Of a DNA stretch of 64,000 bases, positions 1-8,701 are shown piece by piece. The notes below the pieces were generated by a model. It did no database searches and was not told where the DNA came from. It saw nothing but the letters and a program-made list of their open reading frames with translations. The stretch comes from an uncultured Alphaproteobacteria bacterium (GTDB lineage Bacteria; Pseudomonadota; Alphaproteobacteria; Rhizobiales; Hyphomicrobiaceae): NCBI GenBank assembly GCA_963696075.1, contig CAVOJD010000036.1, positions 2,199 through 66,198 on the forward strand, read 5' to 3'. A program made the translations under genes and the position numbers. Position 1 is the stretch's first letter; the number at the start of each line of letters is the position of its first letter.

Positions 1-656
1 CCGCCAAGGACAGCGGCGGCAAACCGCCCGTCACCTTCCGCGACGTCGCTTCGCCCGCGATTTTGATGCTGACGCTGTTCTTCGTCCTGCTCGGCCTCTC
101 GACCGGCGGCATCAACGGCTTCGGCGTCCCCGCGCTGATCTCCGGCTACGAGGTCAACTATCAGACCGCCTCGTGGGCGCTCACCTTCTTCCTCGGCTTC
201 GCCTCGATGGGCGTCCTCGCCGGCGGTGTGCTTGCCGACAAGACCAACCGCCACGGCCACGTCGCAGCCGCCTGCTTCGCCCTGAACGCCGTCATCGTCT
301 TCGCGATCGCCATGACCACGCCCCCCGTCCTTCTCCTGATTGCGATGCTGGCCGTCGCGGGTTTCCTCTCAGGCCTCATCGCGCCGTCCCGCGACATGCT
401 CGTGCGCAAGGCAGCCCCCGCCGGCGCCGCCGGCCGCGCCTTCGGCATCGTCTCCACGGGCTTCAACATCGGCTCCATCATCGGCCCCATGATCTATGGG
501 CTGATCATGGACGCGAGTGCCCCCCGCTGGGTCTTCGCCGTCTCCGCCTTCTTCATGATCCTGACCGTCCTCCTGGCGCTCGATCACCGAACGCCGCGAG
601 CAACCCACACGCGAGGCGGCGCAATAAGCCCAATCGCGCCGCCATTCGCGTTCTGA
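1..656 (+). CDS. MFS transporter, C-terminal portion (5' end outside window)
   Basis: Frame is open from base 3 with no stop. Product is a run of hydrophobic helices with an MFS-type loop (SRDMLVRKAAPAGAAGRAFG, GFNIGSIIGP). High GC3. Confidence 0.75.
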   Translation, partial: AKDSGGKPPVTFRDVASPAILMLTLFFVLLGLSTGGINGFGVPALISGYEVNYQTASWALTFFLGFASMGVLAGGVLADKTNRHGHVAAACFALNAVIVFAIAMTTPPVLLLIAMLAVAGFLSGLIAPSRDMLVRKAAPAGAAGRAFGIVSTGFNIGSIIGPMIYGLIMDASAPRWVFAVSAFFMILTVLLALDHRTPRATHTRGGAISPIAPPFAF

Positions 657-779
657 TTTTCGATTGCCGAGGCTGTCCCCTGAGCGCTTGCTTCGCAGTA
701 AAGGATGAGGGATCGCATTTCCCTTCCCGCGGGCCGCGCTCAGGCCCCGCACAAAACCTGAAAGACAAAGAGGCGCGCC

Positions 780-1787
780 ATGGCATCGGACCGACCAACC
801 AACAAGAAGAAAATCCTCTGCTCTGAATCGCTTGCCCCCGCCGCCCGCGCCCTCCTCGACGCCCGCGACGACATCGAGCAGGTCTACTTCCCCCACCTCC
901 TGCCGAATGACGACTTCCTCGCGCTGGTGAAGAAGGAAGCCCCCGTCAACGCCTGGACCCTCGGCGCAACCCGCATCACGCCCGAAGTCATCGACTCCGC
1001 CAAGGACCTCAACGTCACGGCCCGCATCGGTGTTGGCTATGACGCCGTCGACGTCCCCGCCCACACCGAGCGCGGCATCCCCGTCATGATCGCCGGCACC
1101 GCCAACTCGCCCTCCGTCGCCGAGCACGCGATGTACATGATGCTCTGGCTCGCGCGCCGCTCGAACGAACTCGATCGCATGGTCCACAACGACACCTGGC
1201 TCGACCGCATGCAGGTCGTCCCCTACGACCTCCTCGGCAAGAAGGTCCTCATCATCGGCTTCGGCCGCATCGGCACGCGCACCGCGAAACGCTGCGATGC
1301 GATGGAAATGCAGGTCATGATCCATGACCCCTACGTCGACCAGACCAAGATCGCCGAGGCCGGCTACGAGGCCGCCCCCGACCTTGACGCAGCCCTCGAG
1401 CAGGCAGACTTCGTCTCGATCCACTGCCCCAAGAACGAGCAAACTGTCGGCATGTTCAACAAGGCCCGCTTGTCGCGCATGAAACCGACCGCCTACCTCG
1501 TCAACACCGCCCGCGGCGGCATCATCGACGAAGCCGACCTCTACGACGCCCTCAAGAACAAGACGATCGCCGGCGCCGGCCTCGACGTCTTCCTCGAGGA
1601 ACCCGTCAACACCGACAACCCCCTCCTCACCCTCGACAACATCATCACGTCCCCGCACATGGCCGGCGTCACCCGCGAAGCCCTCGAACGCATGGGCATC
1701 AACGCCGTGCGCAACATCCTGAGCGTCTTCGACGGCCACCCGATCGCGGAAAACATCGTCAACCAGGAAGTGCTCAAGAAGGGCTGA
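780..1787 (+). CDS. D-isomer-specific 2-hydroxyacid dehydrogenase family protein (phosphoglycerate dehydrogenase-like)
   Basis: NAD-binding motif VLIIGFGRIGTRTAKR. Catalytic-domain motifs NTARGGIIDEADL, GAGLDVFLEEP, SPHMAGVT. Confidence 0.85.
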   Translation: MASDRPTNKKKILCSESLAPAARALLDARDDIEQVYFPHLLPNDDFLALVKKEAPVNAWTLGATRITPEVIDSAKDLNVTARIGVGYDAVDVPAHTERGIPVMIAGTANSPSVAEHAMYMMLWLARRSNELDRMVHNDTWLDRMQVVPYDLLGKKVLIIGFGRIGTRTAKRCDAMEMQVMIHDPYVDQTKIAEAGYEAAPDLDAALEQADFVSIHCPKNEQTVGMFNKARLSRMKPTAYLVNTARGGIIDEADLYDALKNKTIAGAGLDVFLEEPVNTDNPLLTLDNIITSPHMAGVTREALERMGINAVRNILSVFDGHPIAENIVNQEVLKKG

Positions 1788-2208
1788 TCGCGCACCCGCC
1801 CAAAACCTGAAAACCCCTTGGTCTGAAACACAAAAATCGCCCCCACGCCAAATCGCTGGCCGGGGGCGGCCCACCCTTGACTTGATCCTGTCATACTTCT
1901 TGTTTCACACTGTGGCTCGTCGCCGTGCATGAGGCACGCCGGCCGGAGCCTGAAACCTGGCGCGCCCTGCGCCGCCTCGCACATTGTGAGGCATGAGCCG
2001 AACGAGTGGCCGGGCCGACGGATGTCATCGACATCCGCCCCGCCGCCGAAACCGCAATCAAACCGGCCCGTCCCCCAGTAACGAACAAAGTCAAACCGAT
2101 CCTCTATTCGCGCAGCCAACCGGCAATGAGGTTGGCACCGCATCCAATTCCCGGCCTTGTTCGTTCACTTATCAATTCACCCAAAAGACGACACGAAAGG
2201 TAGTCGAC

Positions 2209-3519
2209 ATGAGCGCAAGCCTCCAACGAGCCGCATCTGTCGCCAGGACGTCTCCCACCCACTTCGAAAACGTCCGCCGGGCGAGCCTCAAACTGGGCGA
2301 ACCCCTGTCCGATGCCGACGCCACCGTGCAGTCGATGCCCGACGCCAGCCCGGCGAAATGGCACCTCGCCCATACCACCTGGTTTTTCGAGCGCATGATC
2401 CTGGCCCCGAACCTCCCCGGCTACCGCGACTTCGATGAGAGCTTCAACTTCCTCTTCAATTCCTATTACGAGACCATCGGCGAACGTCAGCCCCGCCCGA
2501 GCCGCGGCATGATCACCCGCCCGACCCTCGACCGGGTCATCGCCTACCGCCATCACGTCGACGCGGCGATGGCCGATCTTCTCGGCCGCGACCCTGCCCA
2601 AGAGATCCTCGACCTCGTGGAACTTGGCTGCCACCACGAACAGCAGCACCAGGAACTCCTCCTCACCGACATTCTCCACCTCTTCGCCCAGAACCCGCTG
2701 AAGCCCGCCTACCGCGATCCCGAGCCGCTCGCCGTCGATAAGGACCACGATGATCCCCTCACCTGGATCGCCTACGACGGCGGCATCGTCGAAATCGGCC
2801 ATGACGCGAAAGCCGCCGACGCCGGCTTCGCCTTCGACTGCGAAGGCCCCCGCCACCGCGCCTTGCTCGAGCCCTACGCGCTTGCCGACCGCCTCGTCAC
2901 CAACGCCGAGTGGATCGACTTCATCGAGGACGGCGGCTACCGCGAAACCCTGCTCTGGCTTTCCGAAGGCTGGTCATGGGTTCTCGGCGAACAAATCGAG
3001 ATGCCGCTCTATTGGGAAAAGCGCGACGGCGCCTATTGGGCAATGACCCTGCGCGGCCTCCAGCCCGTCGACCCGGCCGCCCCCGTCACACACGTCAGCT
3101 ATTTCGAAGCCGACGCCTTCGCCACCTGGGCCGGCCACCGCCTGCCCCGCGAGGCAGAATGGGAAAACGCCGCAGCCAGCCTCTCCCCCGACACCGGCAA
3201 CATGGCATCCTCCGGCCGCCTCCGCCCCCGCCCCGCGCCCGCCCGCGACAGCGAAAGCGCAACCGCCACCCCGGCGCTCCGCCAGGCCTACGGCGACGTC
3301 TGGGAATGGACCGCGAGCCCTTACGTCGCCTACCCCGGCTTCAAGGCCGCCGAAGGCGCTGTCGGCGAATACAACGGCAAGTTCATGTGCAACCAGTTCA
3401 TCCTGCGCGGCGGCTCCTGCGTCACCCCGCCTGGCCACATCCGTGCGACCTACCGCAACTTCTTTCCCGCTCCCGCGCGCTGGCAGTTTTCCGGCCTGCG
3501 CCTCGCCAAAGACCTTTGA
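2209..3519 (+). CDS. egtB: ergothioneine biosynthesis protein EgtB (DinB-like plus FGE-sulfatase-like domains)
   Basis: PAKWHLAHTTWFFE, FNSYYETIGERQPRPSRGMITRP, ELGCHHEQQHQELLLTDI, C-terminal GDVWEWT...RGGSC. Start moved to the ATG at 2209, in frame within the 1993 ORF. About 436 aa, typical for EgtB. Confidence 0.85.
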   Translation: MSASLQRAASVARTSPTHFENVRRASLKLGEPLSDADATVQSMPDASPAKWHLAHTTWFFERMILAPNLPGYRDFDESFNFLFNSYYETIGERQPRPSRGMITRPTLDRVIAYRHHVDAAMADLLGRDPAQEILDLVELGCHHEQQHQELLLTDILHLFAQNPLKPAYRDPEPLAVDKDHDDPLTWIAYDGGIVEIGHDAKAADAGFAFDCEGPRHRALLEPYALADRLVTNAEWIDFIEDGGYRETLLWLSEGWSWVLGEQIEMPLYWEKRDGAYWAMTLRGLQPVDPAAPVTHVSYFEADAFATWAGHRLPREAEWENAAASLSPDTGNMASSGRLRPRPAPARDSESATATPALRQAYGDVWEWTASPYVAYPGFKAAEGAVGEYNGKFMCNQFILRGGSCVTPPGHIRATYRNFFPAPARWQFSGLRLAKDL

Positions 3520-3539
3520 TGCCAGGGAGGCCGTGCACC

Positions 3540-4529
3540 ATGTCTGCGATCGAAACCCTTGAAGCCCGCAACGCCCGCGCCATGGAAGCCCAGCGCGACG
3601 CCTTCCTCGACGAGGTCCTCACGGGCCTCGCGCGTCGCCAAAAAACCATTTCCAGCCGTTGGCTCTACGATGACCGCGGCTCGGAACTGTTCGAGCAGAT
3701 CACGGACCTGCCCGAGTACTATCCGACGCGGACCGAAACCGCGATCCTGACCGATCAGATCGGCGAGATCGCCACGTTCTGCGGTCCCGATGCCGTCATC
3801 ATCGAGTATGGCGCCGGCGCCAGTGTGAAATCAGAAATCCTCCTCGCCGGTCTCGACCACCCGCGCCTGTTCGTGCCCGTCGACATCGCCGGCGATTTTC
3901 TCGCGCTCTCCGCCGAACGTCTCCGCGCCCGCTTCCCGAACCTCGACGTCCACCCCGTCACCGCCGACTTCACCGCCGACTTCGATCTCCCCCCGAGCCT
4001 CCCTCACGACACCCGCCGCATCGGCTTCTTCCCCGGCTCCACGATCGGCAACCTCGCCCCCGCCGAGGCGATCCGCTTTCTCGCCCGCGTCCGCCGCCAT
4101 GTCGCCGACACGACCACCACCGCGAAAGGCCGCGCCATCATCGGCATCGACCTCGTCAAGCCGCTCGACGTCCTGATTCCGGCCTATGACGACGCCCAGG
4201 GCGTCACGGCAGCCTTCAACCTCAATCTTCTGGAACGCATCAATCGCGAATTGGGCGGCAATTTCGATCTGTCGCAGTTCGCCCACGAGGCCCGCTGGAA
4301 CCCGGACCAGTCGGCAATCGAAATGCATATCCGCGCCACCGCCCCCCAAAATGTCAGCGTCTCCGGCCAACGCTTCACGTTCGCCAAGGACGAGACCATC
4401 CACACCGAAAGCTCGCGGAAATACTCACTTCCCATGTTCCGCGACATCGCAAGCGAGGCTGGCTGGCAGCTCACCGACGTGTGGACCGACCCAGCGGAAC
4501 GCTTCGCCGTCACAGGACTGAGCCTCTAG
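3540..4529 (+). CDS. egtD: L-histidine N-alpha-methyltransferase EgtD
   Basis: WLYDDRGSELFEQITDLPEYYPTRTE, IIEYGAGASVKSEILL, FFPGSTIGN. ATG at 3540 lies 20 nt after the egtB stop, in frame within the long 2910 ORF. Confidence 0.85.
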   Translation: MSAIETLEARNARAMEAQRDAFLDEVLTGLARRQKTISSRWLYDDRGSELFEQITDLPEYYPTRTETAILTDQIGEIATFCGPDAVIIEYGAGASVKSEILLAGLDHPRLFVPVDIAGDFLALSAERLRARFPNLDVHPVTADFTADFDLPPSLPHDTRRIGFFPGSTIGNLAPAEAIRFLARVRRHVADTTTTAKGRAIIGIDLVKPLDVLIPAYDDAQGVTAAFNLNLLERINRELGGNFDLSQFAHEARWNPDQSAIEMHIRATAPQNVSVSGQRFTFAKDETIHTESSRKYSLPMFRDIASEAGWQLTDVWTDPAERFAVTGLSL

Positions 4530-4756
4530 GGACCCTCCAGAGTTTGCGGTAAATTCTGGCAACGCGGCAATGGTCTCAAAAACTGTCGCAGCCGCAAACG
4601 CCGCAAAAATCATTAAACCGCGTCTAAAATGAAGACTAATTTCAAATCGATCTATTGCGCTAATCAGGCTGTAAAAGTTTTCTGCCACGCTTCCCTCGTC
4701 TAAACAAGTGATTTGGCGCGCCGCTGGACAACAATCCGCGGTCAGGGGAGTCGGGC

Positions 4757-5116
4757 ATGAGCGAAGTTGGTGTTGTATCGGATCGCTTCTGGAGCGAATT
4801 GAAGTCGGAAGTTGCAGGCGCGCTTTCAGAAGAACAGCGCGGAGAAATCCAGCGCGCCCTTGAGAGCTCGTCCTCAGCCGAGGCCGGCAACAACGAACTG
4901 AGCGACCTGCGTCTCTCGTTCAAGTGGTTCTTCGTGCGCCTCATCTGGGGCCCGGAAAAACGCCACATCGACCGGATCAAGCAGGAACAGGAACTCCACC
5001 CGCCGATGGCGCGCAAGAACCTGCCGATGCTGGCCTCGCTGTTCGCCGGCTACATGGGCCTCTGGTACGTGGCACTTATCGTCACAACAGCGCTCTTCTA
5101 CTACTTCTTCGCCTGA
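4757..5116 (+). CDS. hypothetical protein with C-terminal transmembrane segment
   Basis: 119-aa ORF. Acidic N-terminal part and a hydrophobic C-terminus (LPMLASLFAGYMGLWYVALIVTTALFYYFFA). Preceded by an AT-rich gap. No recognisable family. Confidence 0.45.
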   Translation: MSEVGVVSDRFWSELKSEVAGALSEEQRGEIQRALESSSSAEAGNNELSDLRLSFKWFFVRLIWGPEKRHIDRIKQEQELHPPMARKNLPMLASLFAGYMGLWYVALIVTTALFYYFFA

Positions 5117-5303
5117 TCACGCCAACCTGGCCTCTAACGCACGCAACGCCTGAACGCGTTGTGTGCGTTGCCGTGCCTGCCGCCGAACGACGGCACCGCA
5201 CCAAATCGCTGTTGTCGTTCGGCGCACAAAAGCCCGGCCAACCATCTGTTTTCGGCACGCCCCCGCGTACGCCAGCAGCCAAGTTCATGCGGCGGCGACA
5301 CCC

Positions 5304-5378
5304 TTAGAGCGTTTCAGGAGTAGATGGAACCAATCTGCCGCGGCAGAATTGGTTCCATCTACTCCTGAACCGCTCTAA
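5304..5378. repeat. 75-bp near-perfect palindrome (REP/MITE-like hairpin)
   Basis: TTAGAGCGTTTCAGGAGTAGATGGAACCAATCTGCCG is followed by its reverse complement with one mismatch and one 1-nt bulge. It lies directly next to the truncation point of the IS remnant. Confidence 0.85.
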
Positions 5379-5382
5379 ATAG

Positions 5383-5880
5383 ATTTCTCAAAGACAAGCG
5401 GTTCTACGAGGATTTCCAGTATCAGGCTCAGAGCTGGGAGGACGAGCGCCGGGTGATTGCCAAGGTCGAATGGCATCCGGGCGAGTTCTTCCCCCGTGTC
5501 GGCTTCATCGTCACCAACCTGCCGATGGAGCCGGATTGGGTGGTGCGGTTCTACAATCAGCGCGACACCGCGGAGCAGCACACCAAGGAAGGCAAATACG
5601 CCTTCCGCTGGACGCGGTTATCCTGCAAGCGGTTCCGTGACAACGAGGTCCGGCTGCAACTGCATGCGCTTGCCTACAATCTGGCCAATGTCCCGCGCTG
5701 CATCGAATTACCCCAGGCGATGGTCGATTGGTCGCTGACCAGCTTGCAGCTCAAGCTGATCAAGAGGGGCGCCCGCGTCGTCCGCCACGCCCGCGCCATC
5801 ACTTTTCAGTAGGCCGAGGTCGCGGTGACCGGCCCAAGCAGAACGAAAGCGGCACGACAGGTTTGTCCGCCGTGCTGAAG
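5383..5880 (+). pseudogene. IS1380-family transposase remnant (C-terminal part only, with in-frame stop)
   Basis: Translation FYEDFQYQAQSWEDERRVIAKVEWHPGEFFPRVGFIVTNL...FYNQRDTAEQHTKEGKYAFRWTRLSCKRFRDNEVRLQLHALAYNL...RHARAITFQ*AEVAV matches the conserved C-terminus of IS1380-type DDE transposases. The N-terminal two thirds are absent, and a stop sits where homologues read on (TFQLAEVAV). The 3' limit is uncertain. Confidence 0.75.
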
Positions 5881-6051
5881 AACGGGGCCGCCGCTTTGAC
5901 GATTGCAGCAGGGCTTCGGAGCACGAAACACTTGATCAGGCGCCAGAAACAGGCGCATTTGGCGTCACGTGGCAGGCCACTTGGGAAATATCGGCTCAGA
6001 GCAATGACCTCTGCAGGACATACCCTCTGCAACGCCAATCGGAGCAATCAA

Positions 6052-7395
6052 ATGAAAAGACTGAACCTAAAGACCTTGACGGCGGCGCTTGCCGTCGCTG
6101 TCAGCGTCGCCTTGCCGGCGGCGGCTCAGGAGGCCTCCGGGCCGATCCTGTTCACCAACGTCAACGTCTTTGACGGTGTGAACGAAGCCCTGATCAAAAA
6201 CGCCTATGTCGTGGTGACGGGCAACAAGATCACCGCGGTGTCGACCAAACCGGTGGCCATCGCGGGGGGCACCGTGATCGACGGCGGCGGGCGTACGCTG
6301 ATGCCTGGCCTGACAGACTGCCACTGGCACAGCATGGCGGCCAATTTTAGTGGCAACGCGTTCGCCCTTGGTGAGGGCAAGCTGAACCTTGTGGCGGCCG
6401 ATGGGGCGGAAAAGACGCTTATGCGGGGCTTCACCTCGATCAGGGACGTGGGCGGCAATGTCTTCGATCTAAAGTCGGTGATCGACGACGGTATGTACAT
6501 TGGTCCCCGGATTTACGCTGCGGGGTCGATGGTCTCCCAAACGTCGGGCCATGCAGATTTTCGTCAAACGATTGATATACCTCAGAGCTATTCAAGGGAT
6601 CTTACCCCGCAGGAACGGATGGGGTCGGTCGCCATCGCAGACGGCAAGGCGCAAGTCCTGCAGCGCGTGCGCGAGAACCTGATGCGGGGAGCGGCCTTCA
6701 TCAAGTTGATGGGTGGTGGTGGGGTCGCCTCGCCCTCGGATCCGCTGGACGTCTCGCAATACACCGTCGAGGAAATCGCGGCGGCGGTCGAAGTGGCGCA
6801 GAACTGGGGCACCTACGTGACGGTTCACGCCTACACCGCAAAGGCGATCCAGAACGCGATCCGCGGCGGTGTCCGGAATGTCGAGCATGGCCATATGATT
6901 GACGAGGAAACCGCCAAACTGATGAAGGAGACGAATACGTCGGTCTGCATGCAGCCCTTCTATAACGACGAGGATGCGATCCCGCTCCCTGCCGGCTCGT
7001 TTGCGGAACAAAAGTACCAATTGCTGATCTCTGGAACCGATACAGCCTACGCGTTAGCGAAGAAATACGACCTGCTCTTCGGGTTCGGCACTGACAGTCA
7101 GGGTTCACCCGCGCTCGCCGCGCGTCAGGGCGCGCAGTTGGCGAAGCTCGCCCGCTATTACGAGCCCTGGGAAGTGCTGAAGATTGCGACCAGCCAGAAT
7201 TACAAGATCTTCAAGCGTTCCGGGCCGCGCGATCCCTATCCCGGTGACAACGGTGTGGTTCGGGAGGGTGCCTATGCCGACCTGCTTCTGGTCGACGGCA
7301 ATCCGCTCGAGAACATCGACCTGATCGCCGACCCGGACAAGAACTTCGTCATTATTATGAAGGACGGCGTGATCTACAAAAATTCCATCAAATAG
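6052..7395 (+). CDS. secreted amidohydrolase family protein (metal-dependent hydrolase)
   Basis: Signal peptide MKRLNLKTLTAALAVAVSVALPAAAQE. Then FTNVNVFDG, GLTDCHWH, VTVHAYT, VEHGH, GTDS motifs of the amidohydrolase superfamily. GGAG lies 7 nt before the ATG at 6052. The upstream part of the 5728 ORF reads through the IS remnant. Confidence 0.8.
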   Translation: MKRLNLKTLTAALAVAVSVALPAAAQEASGPILFTNVNVFDGVNEALIKNAYVVVTGNKITAVSTKPVAIAGGTVIDGGGRTLMPGLTDCHWHSMAANFSGNAFALGEGKLNLVAADGAEKTLMRGFTSIRDVGGNVFDLKSVIDDGMYIGPRIYAAGSMVSQTSGHADFRQTIDIPQSYSRDLTPQERMGSVAIADGKAQVLQRVRENLMRGAAFIKLMGGGGVASPSDPLDVSQYTVEEIAAAVEVAQNWGTYVTVHAYTAKAIQNAIRGGVRNVEHGHMIDEETAKLMKETNTSVCMQPFYNDEDAIPLPAGSFAEQKYQLLISGTDTAYALAKKYDLLFGFGTDSQGSPALAARQGAQLAKLARYYEPWEVLKIATSQNYKIFKRSGPRDPYPGDNGVVREGAYADLLLVDGNPLENIDLIADPDKNFVIIMKDGVIYKNSIK

Positions 7396-7484
7396 AAACG
7401 GCAAGAAAAGAAACAACAACTTTTGTCAACGCCGGAGTAAATTTGCATCGGTTGGCCGGAGCAAAAGTACATCACGGACGACAA

Positions 7485-7525
7485 GCAAGAAGGCCCGCGA
7501 TATCGGGGGCCTTCTTGCTTCAATT
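7485..7525 (+). terminator. rho-independent terminator after the amidohydrolase gene
   Basis: 12-bp stem GCAAGAAGGCCC / GGGCCTTCTTGC followed by a T-rich tract. Confidence 0.6.
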
Positions 7526-7582
7526 CTCTTCTTTCTTGATGGGTTCTGCCGGCTTAGATCGACCTGCTTGGGGTATGTCGGA

Positions 7583-7990
7583 TCAAGACGCCGGCACAGC
7601 CTGAGCCCTCAGCCCCACGGCCCGGTTGAGAAGCGCCGGCAGCTCCGACGTACGGAACGGCTTTGTCAGAAATTCATCCGCCCCGGCCTGCAGGCACTCG
7701 GCCCGCAGCTCTTCCGAAAGACTGGATGTAATGACGACGATCGGCAGATCTTCGGTTTTCGGTGCTGCGCGCACGAGTCCGACCAGCCGCACACCATCAA
7801 CCACCGGCATCAGCACGTCCGCAACCAGCAGGTCGAAACGCCCCTCGCTCAGGAGATCGAACGCCTCCGCCCCATCCTCAGCCGTCACGACCTCGAACTG
7901 ATCGCGCGGAAGATCGCTCCAGAACAGTTCGATGGAAAATGGATCATCATCAACGACCAGCACACGAAGCGGAATATTTTGAGTGTTCAT
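7583..7990 (-). CDS. single-domain response regulator (CheY-like receiver)
   Basis: LRVLVVDDDP, LLVADVLMPVVDG, LPIVVITS, FLTKPF. No output domain and no adjacent kinase. Confidence 0.85.
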   Translation of the reverse strand: MNTQNIPLRVLVVDDDPFSIELFWSDLPRDQFEVVTAEDGAEAFDLLSEGRFDLLVADVLMPVVDGVRLVGLVRAAPKTEDLPIVVITSSLSEELRAECLQAGADEFLTKPFRTSELPALLNRAVGLRAQAVPAS

Positions 7991-8228
7991 TTTACACGCC
8001 CGACAACGGGCCCGCCGTCAATCTTGCACACAAGACCCAGCCGCGGCCCTACCATTACTGATGGCAAGCCTACCGGCAGAATATTGATGATTGGTGGAGA
8101 TCGAACATTACCAGAAACAAAATAATAAGCAGCAAACAAACAATCCGTTGACGCTCGACAGAATGGGCTGCCTCTCGTCCCGCTCTTGATCGCGAGCGCT
8201 CATGCCCACCGGCACAGCAACGGCCAAA

Positions 8229-8280
8229 TAAAAACGAAAAAACGGCGAGACCAGCCGGCCTCGCCGTTTCATTTTTTTTC
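8229..8280 (-). terminator. rho-independent terminator after the thiolase/DUF35 operon (bidirectional shape)
   Basis: Stem AACGGCGAG / CTCGCCGTT flanked by an A-run on one side and a T-run on the other. A second small hairpin GACATCCC/GGGATGTC lies next to the stop codon. Confidence 0.6.
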
Positions 8281-8306
8281 GACATCCCAAATGCCGGGAT
8301 GTCCCC

Positions 8307-8696
8307 TCAGGCCGCCGTAAACATTGGCACGGGCTGGCCGTTCTCAGTCTCTTTGAAAACAACCTTCACCTTCTGCCCGATGGCCACCTTGTCGAGATCC
8401 GTGTCGACAATGTTGGTCATCATCGTGACGCCCTCGTCGAGCCGCACATACGCGATGCAGTAAGGGATCTTCGAGCGTTTCATGACCGAGAAGGTATAGA
8501 TTTCACCTGTCCCCGCCGCTTCGACCCATTCAACGTTACTGGAGCCTGTGAAGGGCGATCGCGCGCGCGGATAGAAATAGGGCTTCCCCGTATCCTTGCA
8601 CTTCATGATGAGGAGCTTGCCCTCTTTCGCCGCATCCCAGTACTTCTGGGTCTCGGGATTGGGTTCGGGCGATGCAATCGTTCTGGTTTCTGCCAT
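8307..8696 (-). CDS. DUF35 OB-fold / Zn-ribbon protein (thiolase partner)
   Basis: YWDAAKEGKLLIMKCKDTGKPYFYPR, GEIYTFSV, YVRLDEGVTMMTNIV, GQKVKVVF. Starts 6 nt after the upstream thiolase gene ends. Confidence 0.8.
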   Translation of the reverse strand: MAETRTIASPEPNPETQKYWDAAKEGKLLIMKCKDTGKPYFYPRARSPFTGSSNVEWVEAAGTGEIYTFSVMKRSKIPYCIAYVRLDEGVTMMTNIVDTDLDKVAIGQKVKVVFKETENGQPVPMFTAA

Positions 8697-8701
8697 GAGC
8701 C

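Noticed and set aside
739-1815. A 16/17-nt direct repeat CCGC(A/C)CAAAACCTGAAA flanking the dehydrogenase gene (about 747-764 and about 1796-1813), suggestive of a gene cassette.
   Set aside because: My rough estimate is that tens of 16/17 matches are expected by chance among all position pairs in 64 kb. No other cassette features (attC-like fold, integrase) are present.
369-1874. 501-aa ORF antisense to the 2-hydroxyacid dehydrogenase gene. Similar long antisense or out-of-frame ORFs occur at 10147-11412, 22552-23490, 24580-26055, 31303-32388, 42140-43303, 45534-47384, 48437-49393, 55745-56659 and 59997-61145.
   Set aside because: These are typical shadow ORFs of a GC-rich genome. Their products are Gly/Ala/Arg/Asp-rich with no motifs. 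Each overlaps a frame that has clear family signatures and high GC3.
1993-2208. N-terminal extensions offered by the ORF track for egtB (1993), egtD (2910), the amidohydrolase (5728), the thiolase (10048), gapR (17979), cpdR (53783) and kpsF (36260).
   Set aside because: The extensions are Arg/Pro/Gly-rich and lack homology-type motifs. Some run through upstream genes or the IS remnant. Internal ATGs with RBS give family-typical lengths.
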